A stretch of 64,000 bases of DNA, taken from positions 29,419 through 93,418 of the forward strand of contig OY969420.1 of NCBI GenBank assembly GCA_963699195.1, in the 5' to 3' direction. The DNA is from an uncultured bacterium. Lineage in GTDB: Bacteria > Patescibacteriota > Saccharimonadia > Saccharimonadales > DATKHC01. Positions 54,479-64,000 of the stretch are shown piece after piece; the stretch's first letter is position 1; every line of letters begins with the position of its first letter. Below the pieces are notes generated by a model that worked only from the letters and a program-made list of their open reading frames with translations, was not told the DNA's origin and ran no database searches. Both the position numbers and the translations under genes were made by a program.

Positions 54479-55216
54479 CTAATTGCTTCTGACGCCGGTT
54501 GGGCCAGATTCAGGAATACTTGGTGTTTGAGATTCCCATGCCGAACCTGGTAGCCTAACCTTATTATCAATAACCCAACCTTGACTAGTATATTCAAATG
54601 CTCCGCAAGGTTCATTATTACCACTGTTATGGGTTTGTTGGCTGTCATAAACCGTAAGGATGCTACCGATGAGACTAACTGACTCAGGTATTTCTACGCT
54701 TAAAGATTCTACTGGCGCAAAACTACTCAATGTATTTGAGTATTTCCATAAAGTTTGAGCCCCAAGTGCTCTATTAACTTCGTAGGATATGTCTGGATTT
54801 GATAACGACTCACTATTATTAGGTGATACAAATTTACCATTTGGCGTGTCAGATATATTAAGATTCATCGAAACCTCAGTATCACCTTTGGGTGAAGCAA
54901 CGTTCTCAACATTACTAATACTGCAAGTTAGAGCACTTACAATATTTGCCGGATCAGAATAGTTTATATTTGGGGTTGTGCCTTCCTGTTCAGTCCCACC
55001 GCCTTCGCCAAGAGTTCCCCCGCTAGGAGAATCTTTAGGTACTAAGCCCTCAAGAGGCCCTGGACCATTTACATTTAAATTAGGTAAGGTAGTTGAAGTT
55101 ACATTGGGTCTTGCTATTACACTTTCGGTACTTCCACAAGCAGACACGCCAATACCAACAGCAGTAGCAGTTAAGATAACGGGCATCGTTTTCTTTAGAT
55201 AGGCCTCACCAAACAT
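54479..55216 (-). CDS. lipoprotein, Ser/Thr/Asn-rich
   Basis: Signal peptide with lipobox ..GIGVSAC|GS. Confidence 0.6.
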   Translation of the reverse strand: MFGEAYLKKTMPVILTATAVGIGVSACGSTESVIARPNVTSTTLPNLNVNGPGPLEGLVPKDSPSGGTLGEGGGTEQEGTTPNINYSDPANIVSALTCSISNVENVASPKGDTEVSMNLNISDTPNGKFVSPNNSESLSNPDISYEVNRALGAQTLWKYSNTLSSFAPVESLSVEIPESVSLIGSILTVYDSQQTHNSGNNEPCGAFEYTSQGWVIDNKVRLPGSAWESQTPSIPESGPTGVRSN

Positions 55217-55269
55217 ATACGTAGATTATGTCATCTTATTAAGTTATTGTCAATGCTTAAGTGAGGTGA

Positions 55270-56358
55270 TTAGTTTACTTTTATATATACCTTAGCTTTT
55301 TGTGTATTCTTCAGAGGCGCCAGATATGTATTTACATCTTGGAAATTAAATACCATATGTGATGCTTGAATCTGATCACCTGCCACAGATAGATTCTTGT
55401 CTATCTCTAAACTAGGTCCAGTATTTAGTATTGGCGTATACTGCCCTGGCTTAATCGCAAATAAAGCATTAACGACTATTGGAGATACATTTATATTGTT
55501 TTGACTAATTAAGAAACCGTATTGGCCACCATTGGACTTAGTAGTTGTATCATCCGATACTTGTGAGGCCAGAGTCGCAAAATCGGTCCCTTTTTGAAGC
55601 TGAGCATAGGCAGAATTAGCTCTAGCATGTGTTGCCGTATCTAGCGTAGAAACAACGTTGTTTTCAAGCAATTGGGTTTTAAGCTCTCGTTTAAAATCAT
55701 TTAGGTCCCAGCCATAGTAAGTTTTAAGTACACTATTAAACTCAGATTGATTATCACCTAGTCTGTTCTCTTGTCTAACTATGGTGATTTCGTCGTTTAA
55801 TTGCTGAGAAGTAACAGTTACATGATTCTTAGCAGCTAACTCACCAATATATGCATCATCGAGCACTTTTTGGAGTGCCCTAGTCTGATAATCTGCAAGT
55901 TGTTGTTTGCCTGATGGTGTGGAGAAATTCAATTTTTCTTGGGTTTGATAATAATGAACGTAGTGTTCAAGTTCGAATAGGTAGTTGTTATAGCTAACAA
56001 AATGCCCATTTATTCTGGCAATTGGGAAAGGTATTACCTGTGTAACTTTATATAAGAACGAAGAATAACTATCAAATTTATAAAGTGCCAAAGTACAGTA
56101 AGTAAAGAATCCCACTATCAAAACTATAATTAAGGTAGTTGTGATTACAATTATTCGGTTTTTAGAGTGCTGCAACGGATATATATACTTACGAGCACCT
56201 TTAAGTACATCCTCCCTGTGCATTGCCACAGTTTCATTTGTAATTCTTGGTACAGCCTCAGGACTCTGCTCAGCTGGTTGAGCTTGAGTGGCGGTTGGTT
56301 TGGTTTGACCTTTTAGTTTATGTACTGGTTTTAATATTTTATTCCGTCGCGGCTTCAT
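55270..56358 (-). CDS. membrane-anchored parvulin-type peptidyl-prolyl isomerase (PrsA/SurA-like)
   Basis: N-terminal TM segment. The C-terminal PpiC domain reads FATLASQVSDDTTTKSNGGQYGFL..VVNALFAIKPGQYT. Confidence 0.7.
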   Translation of the reverse strand: MKPRRNKILKPVHKLKGQTKPTATQAQPAEQSPEAVPRITNETVAMHREDVLKGARKYIYPLQHSKNRIIVITTTLIIVLIVGFFTYCTLALYKFDSYSSFLYKVTQVIPFPIARINGHFVSYNNYLFELEHYVHYYQTQEKLNFSTPSGKQQLADYQTRALQKVLDDAYIGELAAKNHVTVTSQQLNDEITIVRQENRLGDNQSEFNSVLKTYYGWDLNDFKRELKTQLLENNVVSTLDTATHARANSAYAQLQKGTDFATLASQVSDDTTTKSNGGQYGFLISQNNINVSPIVVNALFAIKPGQYTPILNTGPSLEIDKNLSVAGDQIQASHMVFNFQDVNTYLAPLKNTQKAKVYIKVN

Positions 56359-56881
56359 CTAAACTTGACTCCTCCTGGTTAAGTGGAACGACTGGAACTA
56401 TACCGCTATCACGTAATATACCCAATATTGCTTGCTGTGTCTTTGCTGGGTGATGAACTTCGTGAATGATAAGATCGCCCATATATGTCTGAATAATTAT
56501 AGTACCAAAACCCAGTAATGTCTCCTGTATACCATTAACTTCATAGTTCACCATCTGTATTTGATTAATCCCTATATCGACAACACTCCTATGAAATAGG
56601 CCTTTTTGGGTAATCTGAATAAATCTACGGTCCGTAACAATAAACACCGTATAAAACCAACTAATCCACCAAGGAGAGTAAAGTATCATACCAACTAATG
56701 CCCCAGCCAGGAGTCCTTCTACAAAGAAACTATATTCTGGTTTAATCAGAGAAGGGATTGTTCCGAGTAATAAACAAAGGCTAGCTAGTATTAAACCCCT
56801 TCGCATAACAATTGGGTGTTTTCTAAATACTAATAAGACTTCTTCATCATCTAACTGGTCAGAAAAGTGTTTTTCTTTCAT
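56339..56881 (-). CDS. bacterial PH-domain (YdbS/YdbT-like) membrane protein
   Basis: EEVLLVFRKHPIVM, two TM helices, then IVTDRRFIQITQKGLFHRSVVDI. Confidence 0.6.
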   Translation of the reverse strand: MKEKHFSDQLDDEEVLLVFRKHPIVMRRGLILASLCLLLGTIPSLIKPEYSFFVEGLLAGALVGMILYSPWWISWFYTVFIVTDRRFIQITQKGLFHRSVVDIGINQIQMVNYEVNGIQETLLGFGTIIIQTYMGDLIIHEVHHPAKTQQAILGILRDSGIVPVVPLNQEESSLDEAATE

Positions 56882-56977
56882 AGGGTAAGCGTAACTTTTT
56901 TATCTAATGTAGTCTAGACCTAATGCTTAGATTACAGTCCTCATATTTTAACACTTAAACGCTCGATGTTTTAGGTT

Positions 56978-57421
56978 TTACTGGAGGGTAGCTGGCTCTT
57001 TTGGAAAATCATTTTTTAGTGCTTCCACAATAGCATTTTGAAGTTGAATTGTATTGAACGCTAAATTTGGAAATTCTTCTTTGTCTACCCAGACTGGATG
57101 ATGCGTAGTTAACTCAAATTTGTTCATTTGGGCTTCTTCAGAGCCTTCCTGCAAAGCAACTTTGTCATGTGGGGCAACTTCGCATAAAAATATGTACTGC
57201 TCATTGTATGGTGGTTCGTGGTCCTCAAAGAAAACAAGACGATAAGATACAACGTCCAAACCCGTTTCTTCTTTTACTTCTCTAACCAAGGTTTGTTCAA
57301 TCGATTCACCATCAGTATTCCGTCCACCAATGAGAGTATAATATTTTTTCCCATACTTATTTCGGTGCATTAAAAGCAGTTTGTCGTTTTCAATTATTAT
57401 TGCTCTAGCAGCTTTTGACAT
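56978..57421 (-). CDS. NUDIX hydrolase
   Basis: Nudix box GGRNTDGESIEQTLVREVKEETGL. Confidence 0.85.
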   Translation of the reverse strand: MSKAARAIIIENDKLLLMHRNKYGKKYYTLIGGRNTDGESIEQTLVREVKEETGLDVVSYRLVFFEDHEPPYNEQYIFLCEVAPHDKVALQEGSEEAQMNKFELTTHHPVWVDKEEFPNLAFNTIQLQNAIVEALKNDFPKEPATLQ

Positions 57422-57627
57422 AGATTAATTATACAGAAATAACGAAAATCACTTCTACTTCTTAAATAGAAAACCGTCTTTCAGTGCATGTTCAGCAAAG
57501 CCAAGACCTAGTGCTAGCATACCAATGCCCAGAGCTATCCGTAAAAAACTTCGAGATTTCTTCTGCTCTTTATTATTTTCAGGAGTTGCCATGATCGTAT
57601 TATACAAACTTAGTAGTCTTTCGTTTC

Positions 57628-57702
57628 TGGTGCCCCTACTACGATTCGAACGTAGATCATTTCCTTAGGACGGAACTACTCTATCCATTGAGCTATAGGG
57701 GC
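57628..57702 (-). tRNA. tRNA-Arg(CCU)
   Basis: Acceptor GCCCCTA/TAGGGGC, anticodon loop GTCCTAA, encoded CCA. There is one mismatch at the top of the anticodon stem. Confidence 0.8.
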
Positions 57703-57795
57703 ACTAGATATATTTACCTTTTTAAGAAAGCCTAGTAGTGCTACTTACGTACATTACATCTTCACCAGCTCGAGTATAACTGTGAATTTTCTCAT

Positions 57796-58311
57796 TCACT
57801 TAAACCATAGCTTTATCTCATGAGTTGCTTCTTCTGGATTCTCACTAGCATGAAATAAGTTATGGATACGATCTTAGTTCAGCATTAGGATTGATCGGGC
57901 TATATATAGAGTAATCGCCTCGGATAGTACCAAGCAGCTGCTTTAAATGGCAAAGTGTTGCCCGCAAGCTTACGCACCATTTCAATTGACTTCGATCCCC
58001 TCTACAACCATACAAACAACCGGACCTGAAGTTAAGTAGTCCATTAATGTTTCACTTACAAGTTTTCCAAGCTCTTTTTTATCTACAGTACCTAGTACAT
58101 CAATAGCCTCAACATCTAAGTTATCAAAGCCACTAAGACTTTTTTCACCAAGTCGCTCAATCCAAAATTCATCTGATACTGGATAGTGGCTTTTAACCAT
58201 TTCTCGATCAGGTTGAACCATTTTAATTGCTACTATTTTTAGTCCAGCTTTTTCGATACGTGAAATAATTTCGCCAATCAAGCCTCTTTTTACGCCGTCA
58301 GGCTTTATCAT
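57796..58311 (-). CDS. ndk: nucleoside diphosphate kinase, C-terminal part frameshifted
   Basis: [32 protein letters not shown].., later frames ..RGDYSI.. and ..[20 protein letters not shown]. The 3' end is uncertain. Confidence 0.75.
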
Positions 58312-58428
58312 ACAGAAAGTTCTCTGAAATTTAATTGGATGAAGGGCTGGATGTAGTTTTCCATATTTTACTTAATTTCCTTTAATTATTAGATTGATTA
58401 TAACAGATTAGAATAGACCTAACTAAGC

Positions 58429-59373
58429 TTGAATAATTTTCTTATGCTATACAATAAGAATATGCAATTCTCAAAATTAAAAACAGATTTTTTAGAACAC
58501 ATGGAAATTGAACAAGGTCGGTCACAAAAAACAATCGCAAATTATGATCATTATTTAATAAGTTTAATTGATTTTGCCGGTGATATAAAAGTTAGTGAAA
58601 TCAATCCCGAACTTATCAGAAAATGGCGACTTTGGCTAAATCGACTTGGTACAAATGTATCTGATGAACTACAAAAATCCACGCAAAATTATCATCTTAT
58701 TGCACTTAGAAGTTTTCTAAAATATTGCGCAAAAGAGATATACCAACGATGTCAGCTGATAAAATAGAACTTGCTAAAACTCATAGAAAACAAGTTACTT
58801 TTTTAAATATTGAAGAATTAAATAGATTATTTGACAACCGGATTTAATAAAATTAGTGGTCTGCGAGACCGCGCGATATTAGAATTATTATTTAGTAGTG
58901 GTCTACGTGTTTCTGAACTTAGTTAGTTTAGACAGAGATCATATAAACCTTAAACGACGAGAATTTATGGTACGTGGTAAGGGACAAAAAGATAGACCAA
59001 TTTTTATAAGTGAGCAATCTGCTGAATGGATACATAGGTATTTAGAAAAACGACAAGATAATGACCCTGCTTTATTTGTTCGCTATAGTGGCAATAAACA
59101 ATCTAGTTTAGACGGCAACTATCAATCGTCTTACTATCAAGAAGCATACAACGAATGGTTGCAAGAAGTGCAAAATTAGCTGGCATTACTAAACATGTTA
59201 GCCCGCACACAATGAGACATTCATATGCTACAGATTTACTGATGAATGGAGCAGATCTGCGAAGTGTGCAAGCACTTTTAGGACATAGTAATATTGCTAC
59301 TACGCAAATATATACTCATGTTACTGACCCACATCTAAAAAGTGTTCATGAACAGTTTCATAATAAAGACTAG
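58429..59373 (+). CDS. XerC/XerD-type tyrosine recombinase, frameshifted into 3 ORFs (likely start MQFSKL at 58462)
   Basis: The N-terminal SAM-like domain reads ..[14 protein letters not shown].. The C-terminus reads [39 protein letters not shown]. Confidence 0.8.
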
Positions 59374-59375
59374 AT

Positions 59376-59858
59376 CTATATAAGTGGATTACATGGATCG
59401 CTAAAGTCTCCAGTAGTGGCAGAAGGATTTAGTGGCACATCCCCTGGAAGTGTCCCTGATGGCAAGACCTCAGTAGCGGTCGATCCACTTACAGATAGCC
59501 TCTTACAGAGTGTATTGATAGTTGATATAGCGTTACCCGGAACTGGTGGTGCTACTGAACCGCCGCCTCCTCCACCGCCAACACCTGTTTGTATTGCCAC
59601 TCTTTTTACAATCCCGGCAGATTCTCCAGTTACATCTATAACTACTTGATTTGACGAGCTACTACCTTGATTTACGTTAACTGTTTCAGCATGGGTACAT
59701 ATACAGTCACCACCATAACCGGGGTTCTCAATTGATGATTCATATGTATCTTGTATTGTATAGTTTGCCGAGTTGTAGAATTGTGTTAATTTTATGGCGT
59801 ATTCGTTTATATTGCCGGGGTTACTATAAAGACCACTGCTACCACCTAAAAGCTTCAC
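59376..59858 (-). CDS. hypothetical secreted/pilus-associated protein, Gly-rich
   Basis: 160-aa ORF with a GTG start, immediately after the PilX-like gene. Confidence 0.4.
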   Translation of the reverse strand: MKLLGGSSGLYSNPGNINEYAIKLTQFYNSANYTIQDTYESSIENPGYGGDCICTHAETVNVNQGSSSSNQVVIDVTGESAGIVKRVAIQTGVGGGGGGGSVAPPVPGNAISTINTLCKRLSVSGSTATEVLPSGTLPGDVPLNPSATTGDFSDPCNPLI

Positions 59859-59865
59859 TGTAAAA

Positions 59866-60770
59866 TTACAAAATCACAGGTAGGTAGTCGTCAAAAGTAG
59901 ATACATCTTTATACCAAGTGCCGCCCCCATCATGAGATGTGTCTTGAGAATAACCTCCACAAGCAGCCGCATATACCCCACCATTTTTAATATTTTTTGC
60001 GTATTGGCCATACCAGCCATCACCACCAGACATCTCATAGTATGCATACAAAGCATTGCTTGGATACAAATAAAAAGTTAATTCATTTGAAGTTAAAAAT
60101 GATGTAGTTATTGTACCGCTTTGTGGGATTGGAACCATTTGTACTTCTACTAATGGTGGACAGTTGCTAGGCCAACTACTTACTGAAGGTAAGGATGGCG
60201 AAGCTATTGTTGGAGCGTCAGTATTTATTGGTGGTGCTACCACGGAAGGACAATCAGTCATATTCCAGAATGTGGTTGGGCTATTTGGGTCATTATATGT
60301 AAAATGCATACTGCCAATATATAGCGAGGTTAACGGGTTATAGGGTGGCTGTAGTTGTGTTAAAGACGTAACTTCTGATTGATTTGCTCCTCCAGTAGAT
60401 GCAACAGAGGATAGAGTTGAGCTTACACTTACACATGTGTATTTACAATTTCCCGGTGCCGAAAGAATATTAGACGAACCCTGAATATAATTATTTGATG
60501 AATTACCACAATTCGGAGAAGGCGGTATTCCATGACCATTTGTAAGTGAGTTATTTATGAGAGAATAAGCGTCGTTAATACCCGACTCAGCAGCATATTA
60601 GCCTGTATGCTCAATTGCTTATTTAGAGCGTCTTTAACTTCAGATCTTGATACTTGAGAAAAACCAATTACGATAATACTAATTACTACCATTAAAATCA
60701 TCGCAGAAAAAATAGCAACAATTCCCTTTTGATTGGTTTTAATGTTATCGTATTGTTTTCTCATCATCAT
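59866..60770 (-). CDS. PilX-like minor pilin / pilus assembly protein, one frameshift near 60598
   Basis: N-terminus ..KGIVAIFSAMILMVVISIIVIGFSQ..SIQAN then, shifted, YAAESGINDAYS.. continues in frame into ORF 59866..60309. Confidence 0.55.
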
Positions 60771-60805
60771 TAGTTTAATTTAACTTTACCATTTTATATT
60801 AATGT

Positions 60806-61495
60806 TTAAAAATCCGAGTGTTGTCTTTCATCAACAGCAGTTGTTATTGTTGAGTTATCACAGAATGCTCCACCTTTATTCAGGTTGTTACATACAAAAG
60901 TTGTAGGATTATAACTACCTTTATTGCCGTAGAGAATATCAAGACTAATTCCATATAAATTTTGTGTTGTTGAATGGTTTAATTGATAGACCATGTTAGT
61001 CCCTCCGCCTGGTTCGTTTACAGGAATGAGAATTTGCATATTTGCACTCAATAAGGATTGTGCGTTTGTTGATGGCCCAGGTACAACAGCTCCAAGACCT
61101 GAGGGCGGTGGACATGAACCGCCTCCAGCGTTATCTTGAGTCAAAGCTGAAGGTAATGGAACCTCATATTGGTATAAATATCTATATCCGTTTGCGCAGA
61201 AAACATATGTCGGATAACCATTCCAAGAATAAGGGCCAGTACTCGGAGTTACAGCGTTATTATTATTATTTCCGAGTTGTAACTCCTGAGATATTTGGCT
61301 AATTATGGTTCGATTTGTATTATCAACTTCTGCAGTTACTGAGCCCCTAATGTAGCTCCGAGTTATTTGAACAATACCATATGTTGTTATCAGAAGAACT
61401 ATAGAGAAAACCGATGTTGCAATTAGCAGCTCAACTATTGTAAAACCTAGGCTATTCGACTTAAATAATTTCTTTTTCACCATTTTACGTTGCAA
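60806..61495 (-). CDS. type IV minor pilin (PilW-like)
   Basis: Prepilin motif G|FTIVELLIATSVFSIVLL. Confidence 0.7.
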   Translation of the reverse strand: MQRKMVKKKLFKSNSLGFTIVELLIATSVFSIVLLITTYGIVQITRSYIRGSVTAEVDNTNRTIISQISQELQLGNNNNNAVTPSTGPYSWNGYPTYVFCANGYRYLYQYEVPLPSALTQDNAGGGSCPPPSGLGAVVPGPSTNAQSLLSANMQILIPVNEPGGGTNMVYQLNHSTTQNLYGISLDILYGNKGSYNPTTFVCNNLNKGGAFCDNSTITTAVDERQHSDF

Positions 61496-62012
61496 CCCTG
61501 TAGTACAAATCTATTTGATCAGTCGTTATGTCCTGATTGTGACCATTCCAGGTTACTTGAATCTGAAAAGTGTACGTACTTATTGGATATTGACCACCGG
61601 GTTGAGTTACCCCTGTGCCAATGCCTGTAATTTTAACGTTATATCTAATAGCAGACGCACCAGAAGCAAAATTACCACAATTAGCATTTGTATAGGCAAG
61701 TAGAGATGCACCTGTTGAGAAACAAAATGGATTATTAGTACTAGGTGGCCCAGAAGTTCCAGGAAGATACCCAGAGTTCCCAGGAGCATTGAGACCAGAG
61801 GTATTATTACTTGCAAGTGCCCTTAGTGTCTCCAGTTGATACTGTGCAATTCCAAGTGCCTGATTTTTCTCTTGAGCACCTTGGATCTGTTGCAACGATT
61901 TATTTGTGGTTACATATCCACCGGTTAATATAAGTGCAAGAATAGCCATTGCAATTAGAACTTCAATTATTGTGTCTCCGCGAGTGTTATTTTTTATTTT
62001 TGCTATGAACAT
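61485..62012 (-). CDS. type IV minor pilin (PilV-like)
   Basis: Prepilin motif G|DTIIEVLIAMAILALIL. Confidence 0.7.
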   Translation of the reverse strand: MFIAKIKNNTRGDTIIEVLIAMAILALILTGGYVTTNKSLQQIQGAQEKNQALGIAQYQLETLRALASNNTSGLNAPGNSGYLPGTSGPPSTNNPFCFSTGASLLAYTNANCGNFASGASAIRYNVKITGIGTGVTQPGGQYPISTYTFQIQVTWNGHNQDITTDQIDLYYRVAT

Positions 62013-62911
62013 GCTGCTCCTGTAAATGTAGAGTATTGCACACTGAGTGGATTACCCTGATTAGCGCTATCATTACCGCCAATTGTTATCTTGGCAAACC
62101 TATTGCTATAATCTGTGCTCTTTAAGCAGATATCTACTCCTTGTGAGGGGTTAATTGGCGTAATTGAGTTACTTGAATTCGTTACTGTAGTAGCCGAGGC
62201 GGGCGCTGCATTTGTCAGACTACTAATGTAATTTTTAGCGGTAGAACCAGTATAAAATAATGGTGCACTTGGTACAGGTACTGGCACCAACTGTGTAGCT
62301 AATGAGCCTTGAGAACTACCAGATTGAGCGAAATTATAGAAAAATCCGACTATACTATCGGGCACTGGCGAGCCACCATTAGTGTTACTATCGGTGTAGT
62401 TGACACTTGATATTTTAAACCTTGAAGGTATAGTAACAGTGCTTACTAATTCTGGTACCGGAAGAGCATCCTGAAAATCAGCTGGGGGACTTCCAGAATT
62501 TTGGTATAATTCAAATTGTCGTGCGAATACAGCATATACATTATAGGTAGTGGGAGCGGTTGATGGGACATCTTGAGGCGAGAATTGAATTGCATAACCT
62601 ATAAAAGTACAACCATAGTTTTGCCCCTGAGTTCCCCCTCCAGGGCTTACTTGTGGAACTTGTGCTGACGGCGCTCCAGTATCAACAGTATTACAGCTGA
62701 ACTGTTTTACGTCGTTGTAATACCCATCGTTAACGTCAGCTGCTAGACTTTGCATCTGAGAGTAGAAAGTACGAGAGCCTTGTAAAAAGTATGTTGGCTT
62801 TTGTCTTTGTGAAACTAAGTTCACTACACTAAAGAAAATAATCCCACTTATCGAAAGGAATATCATTATTTCTACTACAGTGAAACCATGTGGTTCGTTA
62901 CCACCAAACAT
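62003..62911 (-). CDS. type IV pilin-like protein (FimT/FimU-like)
   Basis: Prepilin motif HG|FTVVEIMIFLSISGIIFF. Confidence 0.65.
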   Translation of the reverse strand: MFGGNEPHGFTVVEIMIFLSISGIIFFSVVNLVSQRQKPTYFLQGSRTFYSQMQSLAADVNDGYYNDVKQFSCNTVDTGAPSAQVPQVSPGGGTQGQNYGCTFIGYAIQFSPQDVPSTAPTTYNVYAVFARQFELYQNSGSPPADFQDALPVPELVSTVTIPSRFKISSVNYTDSNTNGGSPVPDSIVGFFYNFAQSGSSQGSLATQLVPVPVPSAPLFYTGSTAKNYISSLTNAAPASATTVTNSSNSITPINPSQGVDICLKSTDYSNRFAKITIGGNDSANQGNPLSVQYSTFTGAACS

Positions 62912-62958
62912 GACTTAAGTATAGCATAAGGACTTCTTGTTCAATCCAATATATTTTG

Positions 62959-63768
62959 TCAAATTATAAGATTTTTATACCAGTCAATTATGCTAGCACC
63001 AAACAGATAGGTAATAATCGTCGCTATAATAAGTAACGGCCCAAACGCTATTAAACTATTAGTCTTTAACCTATTAGTAGAAATCAATGCAATTGAGATG
63101 ATACTACCTATAAATGAGGCTAAAAATACCATCAGAATGGCTCTCATGGGTCCCCCTAGGAGTAAACCAAGTACAATCCCTAGTTTTACGTCTCCTCCTC
63201 CGATCCACCTCCCGTTTGACACTACAAAGATTGCATAGAACAATCCGGCTGAAAATATTAGACCCCATATAGAAGCATATAGAAGGCTGATGGATGCATT
63301 AAAGAAGATAAATTGGGTTGCAAGCTGTATAACAGCTAAAAATATAAGTGGACCGACTATTCGGTTAGGTAGCAGTCGCCATCTTAGGTCATAGATCAAT
63401 AAGATCATAAAACCCAATAAAAAAACTAGCCAGAATACAAATAAGGTTTTACCTTCAGCATTAAATTGATATGGCCAATATACATAAGATATGACAAATA
63501 AAATAGGAACCGCTATCTCTGCAAATGGATTATCGCTAATTGGTTTCTTGCAGTATCTACACCTGCCTTTAAGGGATATCCAGCTTAGTACAGGTACGAG
63601 GTCTTTTGGTGCCAAAATATGATGACAATTAGAACACATTGACCTGCCACGCCATATTGATAAGTTAGCTAGTTTACCGGTTTTGGTTCTACTGTGAAGT
63701 CGCCAAACATAGGCATTAATGAAACTGCCAAAACATAAACCCAGAATTACAAGAAGTAGTATGAACAT
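62959..63768 (-). CDS. pilD: prepilin peptidase (A24 family)
   Basis: Cys box CSNCHH..CRYCKK, polytopic membrane protein, IGGGDVKLG aspartate motif. Confidence 0.85.
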   Translation of the reverse strand: MFILLLVILGLCFGSFINAYVWRLHSRTKTGKLANLSIWRGRSMCSNCHHILAPKDLVPVLSWISLKGRCRYCKKPISDNPFAEIAVPILFVISYVYWPYQFNAEGKTLFVFWLVFLLGFMILLIYDLRWRLLPNRIVGPLIFLAVIQLATQFIFFNASISLLYASIWGLIFSAGLFYAIFVVSNGRWIGGGDVKLGIVLGLLLGGPMRAILMVFLASFIGSIISIALISTNRLKTNSLIAFGPLLIIATIITYLFGASIIDWYKNLII

Positions 63769-63852
63769 TTAACAATATTCTAACTCAAACCTGCCATTAC
63801 GAATAATTTAGAACCAAACATTAATAAAAGAAAGAATAACTACTAATTTCTT

Positions 63853-64000
63853 TTATGACTGTATACAACCACCTGCTTGGCTAGCTGTTCCTGATGTTTG
63901 TACAGGGTAAATAACAGCCACTGCTGTGGTGTCAGCTGTCGGAGTTGAAATAGTACCACCAGTTATTGTTGGACAATCGTATCCAATTAATACTAGTATC
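63853..64000 (-). CDS. type IV pilin, C-terminal fragment (5' end outside the window)
   Basis: The frame reads ..GYDCPTITGGTISTPTADTTAVAVIYPVQTSGTASQAGGCIQS*, giving a C..C disulfide-loop end. Confidence 0.5.
   Translation of the reverse strand, partial: ILVLIGYDCPTITGGTISTPTADTTAVAVIYPVQTSGTASQAGGCIQS

Overview
This is a 64-kb segment of a low-GC, small-genome bacterium. I assign it to Saccharibacteria/TM7 (CPR) because the 16S gene carries the TM7905 probe target CCGTCAATTCCTTTATGTTTTA at about 12285-12306. The backbone is housekeeping and mostly on the minus strand. It contains fmt, infB, rpsA, a ROK kinase and one rRNA operon (16S, tRNA-Ile, tRNA-Ala, a ~790-nt spacer, 23S with a ~336-nt group-I-like intron in helix 69, then 5S). 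It continues with gyrB-gyrA, a VirD4/TraG-like ATPase, infC-rpmI-rplT, RNase P RNA, RNase HI, an S2P protease, rpmB, miaA, an ATL protein, thrS, nrdR, a GT2 glycosyltransferase, an ATP-grasp protein, PpiC, NUDIX, ndk, xerC/D and a type IV pilus minor-pilin/PilD cluster. Two accessory islands stand out. Island A (about 25.5-31.5 kb) lies at tRNA-Pro and island B (about 40.9-53.1 kb) lies at tRNA-Asp. Each ends in a large serine recombinase whose 3' end is encoded antisense to the 3' end of the tRNA gene. Island B is the most unusual part. It is a head-to-tail array of about 11 small single-gene units. Almost every unit has its own near-consensus sigma70 promoter, several have a conserved ~35-nt upstream box, and many are apparently leaderless. 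The array encodes a CDA-fold deaminase, a MazG-like NTP pyrophosphatase, a SAM methyltransferase, an RHH protein, a possible caspase/CHAT-like protein, an HExxH protein and many unknowns. Caveat: several blocks of essential genes (1-4.9, 13.3-21.5, 23.2-24.2, 33.4-34.1, 36.5-39.1 and 57.7-59.2 kb) are shredded by single-nt frameshifts. These look like consensus indel errors, not biology. Gene spans there are my reconstructions, accurate to within a few nt at best.
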